From Asterionella formosa (lineage: Eukaryota), in contig NKIB01013681.1 in the NCBI GenBank assembly GCA_002256025.1, positions 1 through 53,714 of the forward strand: 53,714 nucleotides of DNA. The letters run 5' to 3'. Below are positions 12,004 through 24,117 of the stretch, in pieces (the first letter of the stretch is position 1; every line of letters begins with the position of its first letter). The notes beneath the pieces are model-generated. The model saw only the letters and a list, made by a program, of their open reading frames with translations. It ran no database searches and was not told the origin of the DNA. The position numbers and the translations under genes were made by a program.

Positions 12004-14409
12004 CCGTGTTCTTACCAGTACCAGGTAACATGATGTAGTACTTGCAGTACGTACATGCAACCTTAGCTATGAGGAAGCTATAGCAACAAGTGAAGGATGG
12101 CTGAATGCTTCATTGCAGTGGATTCGGATTTCAGATCTTGCCTTATTGTTATCTCTTAGCAATCTCCACCCAAGCTATCGGCTTGCTTTTCGATGAGAAT
12201 TGTCGGTGTCTAAATAATATTTGATATCTCTAAGTAACTTTTATTTAGGGGCAATATAGGGGGGGGGGTACAGTGGATTTTTCGTCAGTCCATTTTAATC
12301 GGGTATTAGAAATCGAAATGTACCAGCCATATCAGCCATCAAATATGCATAGAGCGAACGAAATGATAACACATGAATCATGATTGTAACAAACGTCGAA
12401 AAATTCGAAATGATCTTTTGAAGCAATCAAAGTATGAAACAGAAAACTAAAGGAAAGACGTGACAATGAATAACAGGGAGAAGAATAAATAGTGAAAAAC
12501 AAAGTGGGTTAGAAAAATTTCGTGTGAAAAATTGTCAACACATGCTCATTAAAAATATTCAACTTTCACTCTTTCTTGTATATTTAAAAGGAAATTTCAG
12601 AAAGGTTCAAAACGGCGGTCCTGGGGCATGAGCACCAGCAACTGATAAATTAATCAGTTCACAGGGAGTGGGTGATGGATCGACTATGACTTGTGGTGGC
12701 ACAGTTGGAGGAGAAACAGTTGGATAGTAGTAGGCGCTTGGTGCTGGTGCCAATTGCTCCTGGTAGTATGATCTGGCAGGAGAAGAATGGCTTTTTTGTA
12801 TATATTTTTCACTTGAAAGAGAGTCAAATCCAGAATTAATGTCATTGGAATTGTTATCGTCGGTCCAAAATTTCAAAAGGAAGTTCCAAATTATTGTCAG
12901 GGATAGCATGGTTTAGTTCAATTGTATGAATGAATGGTGGACTTTGCAATGCAGCACAGGTATGGAATGATATGGGATAGAATGGAAGCTAAATGTGAAA
13001 TTTTGATTATGTAAACAAAACTGTCAATAAAGTGGCTGTTGACATCATACCTTTGCTCATCACCAGACAACAAACTGGTTCAACCAGGCAGTGAAAAAAG
13101 ATTTCTTTGCAGCTGATCAGGAAGAGGAAAAGCAATAAAAGCTATTTCTATAATTACTAGTGTGATTGAACATGATGGGAACAAGTCAAACATGACAACA
13201 GCAATCAACAAGCACATACCTTTTCTCTTGCTGTGCTTGTGAAATACGAGTTGATGTAGACTGCTGGTTCTCGTTCATCATGTTCCATCTACTTTGCTGA
13301 TTTTGAGATAGCGCATTTTGGGATTGACGTCTGTTTGATGTCATTGTAGATGATAATAGAAAGTAGCAAAAGTAATATTGTGATAAGAAGCAATGAAACA
13401 CTACTATTGCAGAGCAGCAGGAAAAAAGCACACAAATGAGCAATAAAACTTGGGACTTCAAAGATCTGATTTGTGACAGTGTAGGACACGTAGAAACATG
13501 ATACAGAATTATGGTAAAATTTAATGGCTGATCATATCTGACGGAAAAACCAGTTCAGTGACAAGATGGAAGCCTAACTTTAACCTACTATTTCGCTTTG
13601 AGTTTTAATACCAAAAAACCAATCAAGGTTGCGCTATTGAAGAATCAATAAATGATTGATTACTATGCATAAAATCAAGAGAAGGATGTGACTGGAATGG
13701 CTTTTGGAATTCAACAGAAAGGGGAACCAAAATTTTGGTGCTAGGATGCTGATGCAACGACATATATCCCACAAGAAGTCAAATCATCCATCAACCAGCC
13801 ACATCGATTTGATGAAGAGTGCGTCAGTATTTGAATCATCAATCACCAACAGAGTTTGAACAAGGCTTGAGATGCTTGATGATGAGGAGCATTGTGAAGT
13901 GGAATTGCCATTGATACGTTAGGAAAACCATCATTTTGTGCCTTGACGGGCATGGCTCATCCTACTCTCTTCCAATTTCGGCAGTCTATTTTCCTTAAAA
14001 GTAAATAGGAGTCAATTGAGGGGCAATACAAACTTCATATATAAAATAGTTTTTCAATGTTGTCAATGTATGGTGGCGAAAAGCGCCTAGGTTGTGAATT
14101 ACCTAGCAAAGACCCAACTCGGGAGGAGTCTGCATACTCGTAATCTTGTGCGCTCTACTTGCGAGGCCCTCTCAGGTAGACGTTCTGGCAACGCCGGGGC
14201 GCCACTACCTACCTACTCGCGCCTCCCAAACCTCGAATACAAGAATACTCGCAGGCAGAAGTCTTCACCCTCGGTCGTGTCAACAGTGTCGTACCTTCAC
14301 CAGAACTCAGCTCCTTCCCAGAGTAAATGTATCGTGTGCCAACGATCAATCGATCGATCGATCGATGCAACGAAATACACAAGCAAGACGCTAGAGCTAG
14401 ACTACTACT

Positions 14410-15024
14410 ATGATTCCTCAAGGACAAGAAGGAATGACAAGGACAATATCTGTGAGGCCTCTCGCGTTGTTCCTGTTTTGTTGTCATGCAGCAATGACAA
14501 GAACAGTACCGGTATCCTCGCCTCTGATTTTCGCTGAGGCATTTGCTATGGTACCCAATTCTATTCACACGCATCGATTCGTTGTCACGAAGACAACGTG
14601 CAGTGGGATGTCTCCTAAGTACGACCCTTTGACCAAACGTTGGTGGTCCGACGACTCGTCAGAGCCAGGCTACGGTCCCATCGGAACATTGCTACGTCAA
14701 GGACCAGTCCCTTTTCTTCAACGCATCCGGGACCCTGATATGTACGACCAAGGGGTATTGAAAATGATGGCAAAGAATAAAATGACCCGCAATCAGGCCC
14801 AAGGAAACATGGATGCCTATTTACAAAATCCGAATGATTGGATCTTGCAAAAATTAGAAGACAAGAGGAACGGCAACGACTATGATTACGAGAATGCAAA
14901 TATGGAGCCACGGCAGCTGCTATTGACTGGAATATGGTCGACTCTACTATTGGGAATTGCGGGACGAGTTATTTATGTGGGGGTCAATGGTTGCGATGCC
15001 TTTTGTCAAGCAACTCACTTTTGA
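14410..15024 (+). CDS. Protein of unknown function with C-terminal TM helix, possibly plastid-targeted (start may be 14434 or 14494)
   Basis: 204-aa ORF; hydrophobic leader ending AEAF followed by an S/T/K/R-rich segment, a globular core (GYGPIGTLLRQGP...QAQGNMDAYLQNPNDW) and a TM segment (LLLTGIWSTLLLGIAG). Confidence 0.7.
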   Translation: MIPQGQEGMTRTISVRPLALFLFCCHAAMTRTVPVSSPLIFAEAFAMVPNSIHTHRFVVTKTTCSGMSPKYDPLTKRWWSDDSSEPGYGPIGTLLRQGPVPFLQRIRDPDMYDQGVLKMMAKNKMTRNQAQGNMDAYLQNPNDWILQKLEDKRNGNDYDYENANMEPRQLLLTGIWSTLLLGIAGRVIYVGVNGCDAFCQATHF

Positions 15025-15232
15025 ATATTTTTTACATGTCAATTTATTCAGTAGTACACCCACTGCCAGTAGTCTTCATATCATACCAGCAGCATCTTAA
15101 TCATTGTACTCCAATTTGCTACTTGTCCCATTAGTTGTTTCATGTGCAATACACTTTGCCATGTGGCATTGCGTCGTAACTAAGGCCCATGAGGGACGAA
15201 CAAAAAACATTGTGGATACTATCGGTCAACAC

Positions 15233-17232
15233 CTATACATTTACTGAAGTGTTCTTCAAGTCCATCTTTTCTAAAAATTCATCTGATCCCAAATCCAACA
15301 ACTTCGTCGACATGTCATTGACCATGTCTGTCATTTCAGTTTGATAGTCTACCATTGCCAGTCTCAGCTCTGGTCTTGAGGTGGACAGAATTCTCACAGC
15401 CAATAGACCAGCATTCATGGCATTCCCAATCGCAACAGTCGCCACCGGGACACCTCTTGGCATTTGTACGATACTATACAATGAATCAACTCCCGATAAT
15501 GTAGATGTCTTCACTGGGACACCAATCACGGGAAGAGGTGTCATGGCTGCTACCATTCCTGGCAAATGAGCAGCGCCTCCAGCACCTGCAATAATTACGC
15601 GAAGGCCGCGACCAGCGGCCTCCCTCGAATACTGTACGAGCTTGTCGGGAGTTCGATGAGCAGAAACAATATCAACTTCGTACGAGACTCCAAACTTTCG
15701 CAACATTTCCACAGCAGCATTCATTGTGGGCAAATCGGAATGAGAGCCCATAATGACTCCAACGAGTGGCATCTTGCCAAAGGACAAAAGGGACAGGGGA
15801 ATGCCTTCCAGTTCCAAAAGAGTCTTCAATGAATCATCAACTTCCGAATGAGAATTCCCAGTTACATTAATGTGGCCCATTTTGCGTCCCTTAACATTTG
15901 TGTCCTTCCCATACCAATGTACCACAGCTCGAGGGAGTGCAAGTGCGGCATTTGACGACTTCAATGTGTCCTCCATCGTCTCAGCTCCCAAGACGTTGAC
16001 CACTTTGGGGGAGAAGAAAATAAATGGAAATTAGGACTATCAGTAGCCAATGTAAGCAAACGCACTACAAGTCCCATTCATGGTTGTTCCAATACTTACT
16101 TGCTGCTGCTTCCACCAACATATCTGTGCTCCCTAGTTTGAACCCGCAAATCCCTCTCAAGTGTTGTTCAAACTGATTGGTTGCACAAGCATTTTGCGTG
16201 TAATGTCCCGTGTTGTGAGGTCTGGGTGCAATTTCATTCAACAAAATTGTCCCTTGCTTGGTAATGAACAATTCTACTCCAAACATACCCGATGCTCCAA
16301 TGCCCAAACTATTAATGGCAGCTTTCGCCAAGGATTCACAATTCTCTCGCATAGAAGTGGATAAATTCCTAGCCGGTGCCAAAACAACACGGCAAATACT
16401 ATCTTGCTGAATGGCATTGACAGCTGTGTATGCTGCAGTTTCAGTGGCAGACTTGACCACCATGACGGCAACTTCACAATCAAAATCAATCCAACCCTCT
16501 GCGTATAAATCTAGAGCTGTCTCAGTAATAGTAGTAGTAGTAGAAACAGGACATGCCAATTTAGCAAGACACTCCATGATTGCCACTTCATCTGCAGTTT
16601 CCAAAACAGCATTTCCTTTTCCATCATAGGCACCTCTGCGGGCCTTGAGCATAATTGGAAGGCCAAGCTGTTGGCACGCGTCTTTAATGTCTTGAATCGA
16701 GGAGGTGACACAAAAGGGTGGAAGAGGGATGGAATTGGAAGCAAAATGGACCTTTGTTGAATGCATTGAATGTGTTTTTATATATAAGTGAGCACAGCAT
16801 TAGAATATTGTGCACAATGCAGTAACGTCAACAACCCCAATACGCCCTGAAAGAATATGTATAAATATATAAATAAATATTCATATTTACCTTTTGAGAA
16901 TACTTGTCGCGAATAATCTGAAGGACACGAGAGCTTGGTTGCACATTGACTCCTTCCTGCTCCAGTTCTTGCAGCGTTTCTACTCCCACATGCTCAATTT
17001 CGACAGTGAGAACATCACAGCCCGCCGCAATGGCTCGAATCGATTCGGCATCATGAAGAGAGCCAGTCAGAATCGATCGCGACACTTGACTGGCTGGACA
17101 GGTCAACCCCTTTGGGTCCAAGAAGGACATTTGTATGTTCAATCGAGGCGATTCCAGGGCCATCATGCGACCCAGTTGACCTCCACCGAGACACGCGACC
17201 TTGATAGGTTTGCCTGTTATGCTCGTGCTCAT
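15233..17232 (-). CDS. ADE2: Phosphoribosylaminoimidazole carboxylase, PurK-PurE fusion; exons 17232-16891, 16751-16100, 16002-15233
   Basis: [45 protein letters not shown] (PurK ATP-grasp); [38 protein letters not shown] (PurE); two frame-preserving GT-AG introns. Confidence 0.96.
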
Positions 17233-18002
17233 GGTGGATAATGACGGAGACGAGGACGATGGATAGAAAAATATGTGTCAAAATGGCATGAGGTGAAAAA
17301 TCTAATTTCATGTATCCTATCATAGTCTACATTTCTCAATCATATTATACGGTATGTTCTTTTCCGTCTAGTAGATCTGTCCATGAATGGATGTACTTCT
17401 ATTTAGCTAATAGGCACATGCATGAAAAATATGATTTATTAATATTTACAAAGTAATAATACTTATTCCAGCACCGAAATAAAATTGCCATCAGCAAGCA
17501 ATGGAGGGTGGGGCGACGGAGAGAAAATTCATATGTAGTGTTATCATACATTTCCCAATAAGCAACGCTATCACAAACGTTCATACTCATACTGTACCGG
17601 TACCAGGTACCTGGTAGTTCTCATTTGAATGAATACCAGGTACTCCCCATGCTGATTTTACAAGTACGGTATCTCGTTGGCTCTGATGACGAAGCAATGG
17701 ATCCCCTTGATTTCGTCTGTCCGTGTGACATGTATGTAGCATAAGATCATGGACTGGAAGCAAATTGTGAACAGCCATGCATTGTTAACGAGCAAGAGAA
17801 CCACCCTCATCATGTACCCGGTCGTAGCTGGACTATGGTACCTGGTACCATCTATGTAGGAGGGTGTTAGGCCTGTCCCTGCATCACGTTTTCCATAACA
17901 TGCACATTTATGTTCATATTACAGCATTCACATATATGGGAACAATGGACTTGTAGCAAACCTGACTTTTTTAAAGCATCATTGTCAAAATTACCCCTCA
18001 AG

Positions 18003-19588
18003 CTAGCACTTGGGTCGAGCAACAAAACTGAGAGCGTCATAGCTTGGGCAATGAGCAAGATATTCTAAACCACTGTCCCAATGGCACCCAATATGACCCA
18101 CAGTATTATTCCTGACTCCATTGTCTCCATTTGATTGCCTGATGTGACCAGGCTCCTTTTCACCATTGCAAGAACAATCTGAAATGTCTTTTCGGTACAA
18201 AATCTTTTCAAATCGTCGAATTCTTACAGGTGATTTGAGTATATGAAAGGATATGCTGCTTTCAGAGACTTGGTCAAATCCTAGTTTGAATGGAATTCCA
18301 TGTTCTAACAGCAATCCCCTTTGACGTCTTAGGAATGCATAGCTCCGCTGTGAATTTGGATTTAATTTTTTGTCAATTCTCATCCCAGGTTGAAAGGAAA
18401 CAGCCCAGTGAGGATCAAGATGATGGAATCGGAATGCACCAGATTCATCACTTGCATTATAAACAGATGCATTCAAGACTTTCTTCAAACAAGTTCCAGC
18501 ATGGAGGTCTTCCGGTGAATCCTGCTTATCAGCATCACATGACATTAAACCATTTTCCACAAAAAGCTTCAATGCAGATCGGGACAATACATATCCCGGT
18601 CCCCCACCTGGTAGTAAGAGGAAACAAGCATACATTGGCCTGATGATTCACAATGAATGAGCATTGTCTCAACAGCATTTCACAATAATTACTCACCAGC
18701 ATAGATAACTCGCTCCATGTTGGGGTTTTTTCTCCAAAGCCAAGAAGGAATAGTCCAGCCCCCTGTATAAAAAGGAATAGGGTAGTCACTCCCACCTGAC
18801 GCTTGCACAACAGGCTCACTGGCGAGAAAGGCCTTTAGATTTTCCACAATGAGAAAAACATCGTCTCCAGAAAAGTAATAGAAATCGTAGTCATCAAGAT
18901 AATTTGCATATATGTATGCATACATACTGCGAACTTTCTGCCAAATGGATCTGTACGCGCCTGGTATACCCTGATGAAGAATATTGACAGTCCCTTCTTC
19001 AGGTTGTGTGTATGTTGATGCGGCCATGAAACCATCACATCGTTTCCCCCATGTCTCGCGAATAGCAGTCACTCTATCATTTCCTCCCTTGTGCGTATAT
19101 ATTGAACAAAATACTTTGATATTGTTTGAAGTATCATTCGCAACCTTGATTTTCTCCACTATGACATCATATGCTTCTGGTCCCTCTGGGCCCATTCCTG
19201 GTTCAGCACAAATCTTACCAAATTCATCATCGGATATCGAAAATGACTTGTTTTGTCGTCTGACGGCTGTTGGATCATGAACAAAACCCAATTTGGAATT
19301 GTTTTTCATGTTCACGGTGTGCCAGTCCCCGTCGCTGAATGACGCAAAAGTCAGATTAGCCAATTGGAGTTGCAATATTGTCGCGGATCTGATCCTGATT
19401 GCTTCAGCATATTGTGATTCATTTTCTACCAGAAATAGAGAAAAATTGCCTTGACTACTAACATCCTTCCAGACAACAAAAAATGGAGCATTAAGTAGAC
19501 TCATGTTCATGTTTTGCTGCAGCAAATGAAGGATCGCACTGCACGTGATAAAATAGTACGTCAATGTCTTCCGCTTCGGGGAATTCAT
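18003..19588 (-). CDS. C1GALT1-like beta-1,3-galactosyltransferase (GT31); exons 19588-18697 and 18607-18003
   Basis: N-terminal anchor, AIRETWGKRCDGF, WQKVRS, GDDVFLIVENLK (DxD-like), YAGGGPGYVLSR spanning the splice junction, PEDL..G.CL, ISFH. Confidence 0.88.
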
Positions 19589-20845
19589 GATTGTGATGGT
19601 TTCGGTTATCCCTAAAGCAATTCGAAGATGGGTGATCGTACTGCGTGGATGATACTATAATGGCTGGTTCTGGGAGGGAGGGATCAATTGATGTAAGCCT
19701 TGTTGCTTCGGTGTATACATTTGTCATAAACTTTTTTGTTGTGGTGAAGCTCACAAGATGGTGTCTCGTACCAGGGGACCCAAGTATTCCTCGTACCTGG
19801 TACTGGTACCATACATCCATAAATACGTGATTCATACACCATTTTTAAATTGACGATCCTGGTATCGTACCGGTATAGGCATGCATGTTCTGCTTCATGT
19901 TACGGTAACGAATATAAGCAAGAAAGGCGATATATATTGGGAAAATAACGGTGGTCGTATACGTGTACATGGTTATGCTTGGTACAGGCGTCTCAGAGTA
20001 CTGCTAGGTATTGATAGACGCATGCCCTCCATCATGTGTGTACTGCGTGCCATATATTTTTGAGGGCATATCGGTGGACAACCAAGAAATAATTTTCTGA
20101 CTGAATAGCTGATAATGATATATATTTTGATTGTATCAATGTATACATACAAAAATATATATGTATACAATCAAAATATATATCACCGGAAATCTTAAAT
20201 ATTGAAATTATAGCACTACCTGGTGGAGTATCGAATACCGGTGTACATGTATATACCGGTAGTCCTCTCTTTTGACGGCTGTATGATGGTGTTCATTGTC
20301 ATTCATGTCGTTCAGTCTGGATACCGGTATGACCACATCGTGACAAATGCATACTAGAACAATGGCTTGGTCGACTCCTGTATACCATTAAAGAAGAGGC
20401 ATTATATAGAATCTGGTCTGGTTAGGGGTTACAAGGGACTCCGAATTTCTTGGTAGTTCAATACTTGTTACTATCAGAACTCAATAAAATGTCAATGAAA
20501 TCCTGCCTCCTTCCCTCATCCTCTCTCACTGATTTCACAGTGTTTTTATATTTGCTACCTATCATTCATTGATTGGCCTTCCTTTCTGCTCGCTTTTCCC
20601 TCTACTTTTCTACAAACAACTCCAAACCCTCTAAAGGCCCCAGAATGGGCTCTTTGCCCTAGCTCACAATCTCTATGGTTGTTTTACCCCAAACTGTAAC
20701 CCCTAAGAGTTCCTCAATGGACTCACCCTCACTCGTCATTCCCTTCCCTTGGGGTCCATATCATGGGCCCTAGTGCGTATGTTGCCCTCAACTTATTTCC
20801 CATTAGAGGGATGTAACATTGACCTGTTGGTGTAACAGTGCCTGG

Positions 20846-21090
20846 TACTAGTAGGTAGTACTAGTAGTACGTAGTAGTAAGTATTAGTATGTAGTAGTAA
20901 GTAGTAGTACTACTACTATGTAGTAGTAAGTACTACTACTATGTAGTAGCTAGTAAGTAGTAGTAGTAGTAGTACTATGTAGTAGTAAGTAGTAGTAGTA
21001 GTAGTAGTGGTAGTAGTGGTAGTAGTAGTAGTAGTGGTAGTAGTAGTGGTAGTAGTAGTTGTTGTTGTTGTTGATGATGTTGTTGTTGTT
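20846..21090. repeat. Compound (TAG/GTA)n to (GTT)n microsatellite
   Basis: Directly visible; it accounts for the poly-Val ORF at 21007. Confidence 0.95.
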
Positions 21091-21328
21091 CATCCTTCAC
21101 TGATTTTGTCAGTTGATTGCTTTCTACTAGGTGAAATCATAAACATGTCACATGTTGCCTTGCAGAAAGTTTTGTTGAAATCAAGGGCACAGCAGTGTGC
21201 TTTGAATCATTTTACCAGCAGCTTCTCAACTTTTATGGGGTCAGCTAAATGTGTTGTGAAATGTTTTTTAATGATAATCTGTTTTATAGCCCATTCCTAC
21301 TCCCCTTTTTCAAGGGAAGTATTCAATG

Positions 21329-21578
21329 TGCTGCCTGCCAACAAGAACTTTGCTTCCCTAGATTTTTTAGCATAGGTGAGTCCCCAACCACCCATCACAA
21401 AAGATGACCATCTTAAGCGCACAGCATTAGGGGAAACTCCGACTGTCTAGGAAGGCGACACAAGCTGTGTGTGTGGTGTGTGTGTGTGTGTGTTGGGGGG
21501 GGGGGGGGGGGGGGCAGAGAAACATAAATAAAAGAGAGACANNNNNNNNNCCCGCCCCCCCGCCCCCCCCCCCCCCCG

Positions 21579-21611
<33 letters not shown>

Positions 21612-21690
21612 CAACCCACTATTTCTTGCACACCAGGCAAAACCGTGTGGGAAGGTAAGGAGTGTGGGAGATGAACCCAACAATTGCTTC
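21329..21690 (-). mobile_element. tRNA-derived SINE-like element, copy B (interrupted by low-complexity sequence and an N gap)
   Basis: Reverse complement matches copy A: aattgttg.gttc..ct.ccacact, ttgcctggtg, caagaaatagt, ggtggttggggactcacctatgcta, tagggaagca. Confidence 0.62.
21465..21611. other. (TG)n, poly-G, N gap (21542-21550) and poly-C; low-reliability assembly
   Basis: A run of n flanked by homopolymers. Confidence 0.9.
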
Positions 21691-21705
21691 TAAAGAAAAA
21701 GAAAA

Positions 21706-21773
21706 TTGCGGGAATTGAACCTCACAACCTCAGATCAAGGCAACGTGCTAAACCAACTACTGTTAGCCATTCC
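21706..21773 (-). repeat. Degenerate tRNA-like (pol III A/B box) head
   Basis: Minus strand reads gggaaTGGCTAACAGtagttggtttagcacg...GGTTCAATTCCcgca; similar to 39001-39056; no intact cloverleaf. Confidence 0.5.
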
Positions 21774-22077
21774 CTTGTGTTATGAAATGTTGTTTTGACT
21801 TTTTTTCAAACTTTTGCATGGATTGGTAGTGCTGTGTCAACACAGGTGTTGTTTTAATAGTAGTACCACAGAGGGGTAACCCTTTTTTGCTGAATATACT
21901 CATTGCAAATGATTTGATGGACAAGCATTTTTGTGAATAAATCCATTGTTTAAAATAAAGGCTAGCTAACTAGTATGCAATATAGATCTTGAAAGATGGC
22001 AATGACTATAGGTTATCTGTCCCTTGAAACAGAGCAATGAATGTTGAGAATTAGTTGGATTTGATTTTTTTCATCTT

Positions 22078-23361
22078 TTAATCTAAATCCATGACATCGT
22101 CATCATCACCATCATTAGTTCCACCATTTTCATTCTCTTCCCCACCTTGGTATTCCTCGTCTTGTTCCTCCCAATTGTTCGCATCTTCATCAACATGCTG
22201 TCCCTCATCTGGAGCATCTTCAGGAGCAATGTTCCACTTGGCGGCTTCCTCTTCCATCCGGATCCGACGACGGCGTTCCATTTCCTGTATTTCCTCTGGT
22301 GTACGCTCCTTGGCACCTGACGTTGCCCTATGTTCCTCCCGACGCTTCTCTCTCTCCATACGGCGACCCTCCTTGGTTCCATCGTTGGCAGTCGAATATG
22401 TAGCCGACGACGATGATGACTTGGGTTCAGCTTTCCGCTCCTTTTTGGCCTTTTCTTCATTGACTAGTTTCTTTGACCTCGTTTTGATCAGCGGTAAGGA
22501 TGACAGTTTTGTGGTTGGTGTTTCTCCACTCATCACGGAGGTGACCAAGTTGGACATGGTAACATGGTTCGTAGTACGACCCGGTAGAGCAGCAAAGCTC
22601 GTTACCAATCTAGCATCCTTGCTGCCAACGCCCCCTGATACCTTCTTGAACATGACGAACCGATGTTGACCTTCTAGTAGGTCATCAATTTCTGCCTCGA
22701 GGTTGTAGACATATAGATTAGTAGTATCAACTGCCGCAAAGGTAACTTTTGGGTGTTCGTCCACAAGTTTTTGGTATGCCTTTTTGGTGCCACTGTCCAC
22801 ATTTTTGGTCCCCTTTAACAAAAGGCCACAATACGGCTGATTCAAGCACTTGACCCTAAGATCCTGTGTGGTATCAATCTTGGTCGATCTGGCTTCCAGC
22901 AAGTTTTTGAGTGTCTTGGTGAGCATATGTCCCGTCTTTAAATGTTTTTGTGGGACTTGCTTTGGTTCTCCCTGTTGACCAGAAACGAAAATAGTTGGAC
23001 GTTTGTTGAGATCCAATTTGAATCGTTCGGCCACAGTCTTTTTGGATTCTTCCAGCACGGCCTTGCAGTCCATAACACGATATTCCACTGGAGCGCCTCC
23101 ATCGTGAGCTGAATCTTCAAAGACGGAACTAATGGGTAGTTTCGAATTGGGATCATGACACAGGACGGCGTAGTTCTTGGAGTCGCTGTAAAATAGTTCC
23201 TGAAGCTCAAATTCGTTAGTAACGTCGACTCTTAGTATTTCCCTGCCCAGCCCTTTGTAGAATTGCCATCCCAGTAAGGCAAGGCCAATTCCAATGGCCG
23301 GAATCATGAGTTTGTCAATAGACAGGGGCTTCTCGGTTTGCCTTCCTTTCTTTGGAGCCAT
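22078..23361 (-). CDS. Membrane-anchored protein of unknown function, possible degenerate thioredoxin-like domains, charged/acidic tail
   Basis: 427-aa intronless ORF; basic N-terminus plus TM (LMIPAIGIGLALLGW), alpha/beta-like core, E/R-rich coiled segment and D/E tail. Confidence 0.8.
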   Translation of the reverse strand: MAPKKGRQTEKPLSIDKLMIPAIGIGLALLGWQFYKGLGREILRVDVTNEFELQELFYSDSKNYAVLCHDPNSKLPISSVFEDSAHDGGAPVEYRVMDCKAVLEESKKTVAERFKLDLNKRPTIFVSGQQGEPKQVPQKHLKTGHMLTKTLKNLLEARSTKIDTTQDLRVKCLNQPYCGLLLKGTKNVDSGTKKAYQKLVDEHPKVTFAAVDTTNLYVYNLEAEIDDLLEGQHRFVMFKKVSGGVGSKDARLVTSFAALPGRTTNHVTMSNLVTSVMSGETPTTKLSSLPLIKTRSKKLVNEEKAKKERKAEPKSSSSSATYSTANDGTKEGRRMEREKRREEHRATSGAKERTPEEIQEMERRRRIRMEEEAAKWNIAPEDAPDEGQHVDEDANNWEEQDEEYQGGEENENGGTNDGDDDDVMDLD

Positions 23362-24117
23362 GATGGCTGCTTGTGTTTTTGTTGCTTTGTTAGTAACTGA
23401 GGATACTTTGATATAGAGGTAGTTCGAAATGGTGACTGTATGATAGAAACCGCAGGATATAGTACCAGGTAATGGATTAGAGAGGATGATGGCATAAATG
23501 CAATCATCCTTCAGCCATGATCAATGCATGCTGAAGCATCATACATATCGATATAATTTATTTAGGTCTTCTATTGAAATACCAGTCGGGATGTGTAGTA
23601 CATTTGACATTTGTAAGTACGTGCAAAATATTTATATATATACAACCCTGAATATCATCAACGGTACTGTAATTGCTACCGGTACCTTGTGTGCTACATA
23701 CCGTTACAGGACCCTGGTACTCTGTAGCGGACTACAGTGACGATCACAGGACGCGTGGAAGGCTACTCTATAAGGTTTTGAGCCCTATTATTCTACCTAC
23801 CGGTAGTGTGATACCTGGTGGAGTACACACCAGGTATGCATGGTCCTCCTGGGGGAGCTGTGACAGGACGGTAACGGTACCAGGTACCAGTAACAGGTGG
23901 TACCGGGTAGTCTACCCTGTTACCTGGTACTGGTAGCAGGAGCTGTAATCTAAACACTGGATGTACGGGTACCCGTAAATCTATGTATTGTGTGTGTAAT
24001 AGAAAAATATTAATGTCGGTATACATTAATTTTGTTTGTTACTCTTGTTTGCTGATGATCCTTACTCAATGGTCATTCCATGAACAAAACCGGAAACAGA
24101 ACTGCCACTACTTTTCC

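Noticed and set aside
21007..21683. Poly-Val, poly-Gly and poly-Pro ORFs
   Set aside because: Microsatellite, homopolymers and an N gap
22091..22669. Long antisense ORFs over real genes (also over NAA25, LRR, PCNA and KH genes)
   Set aside because: Shadow ORFs caused by codon bias on the coding strand
23983..24117. ORF-track N-terminal extension of NAA25
   Set aside because: AT-rich and UTR-like; family similarity begins just after the ATG at 24118
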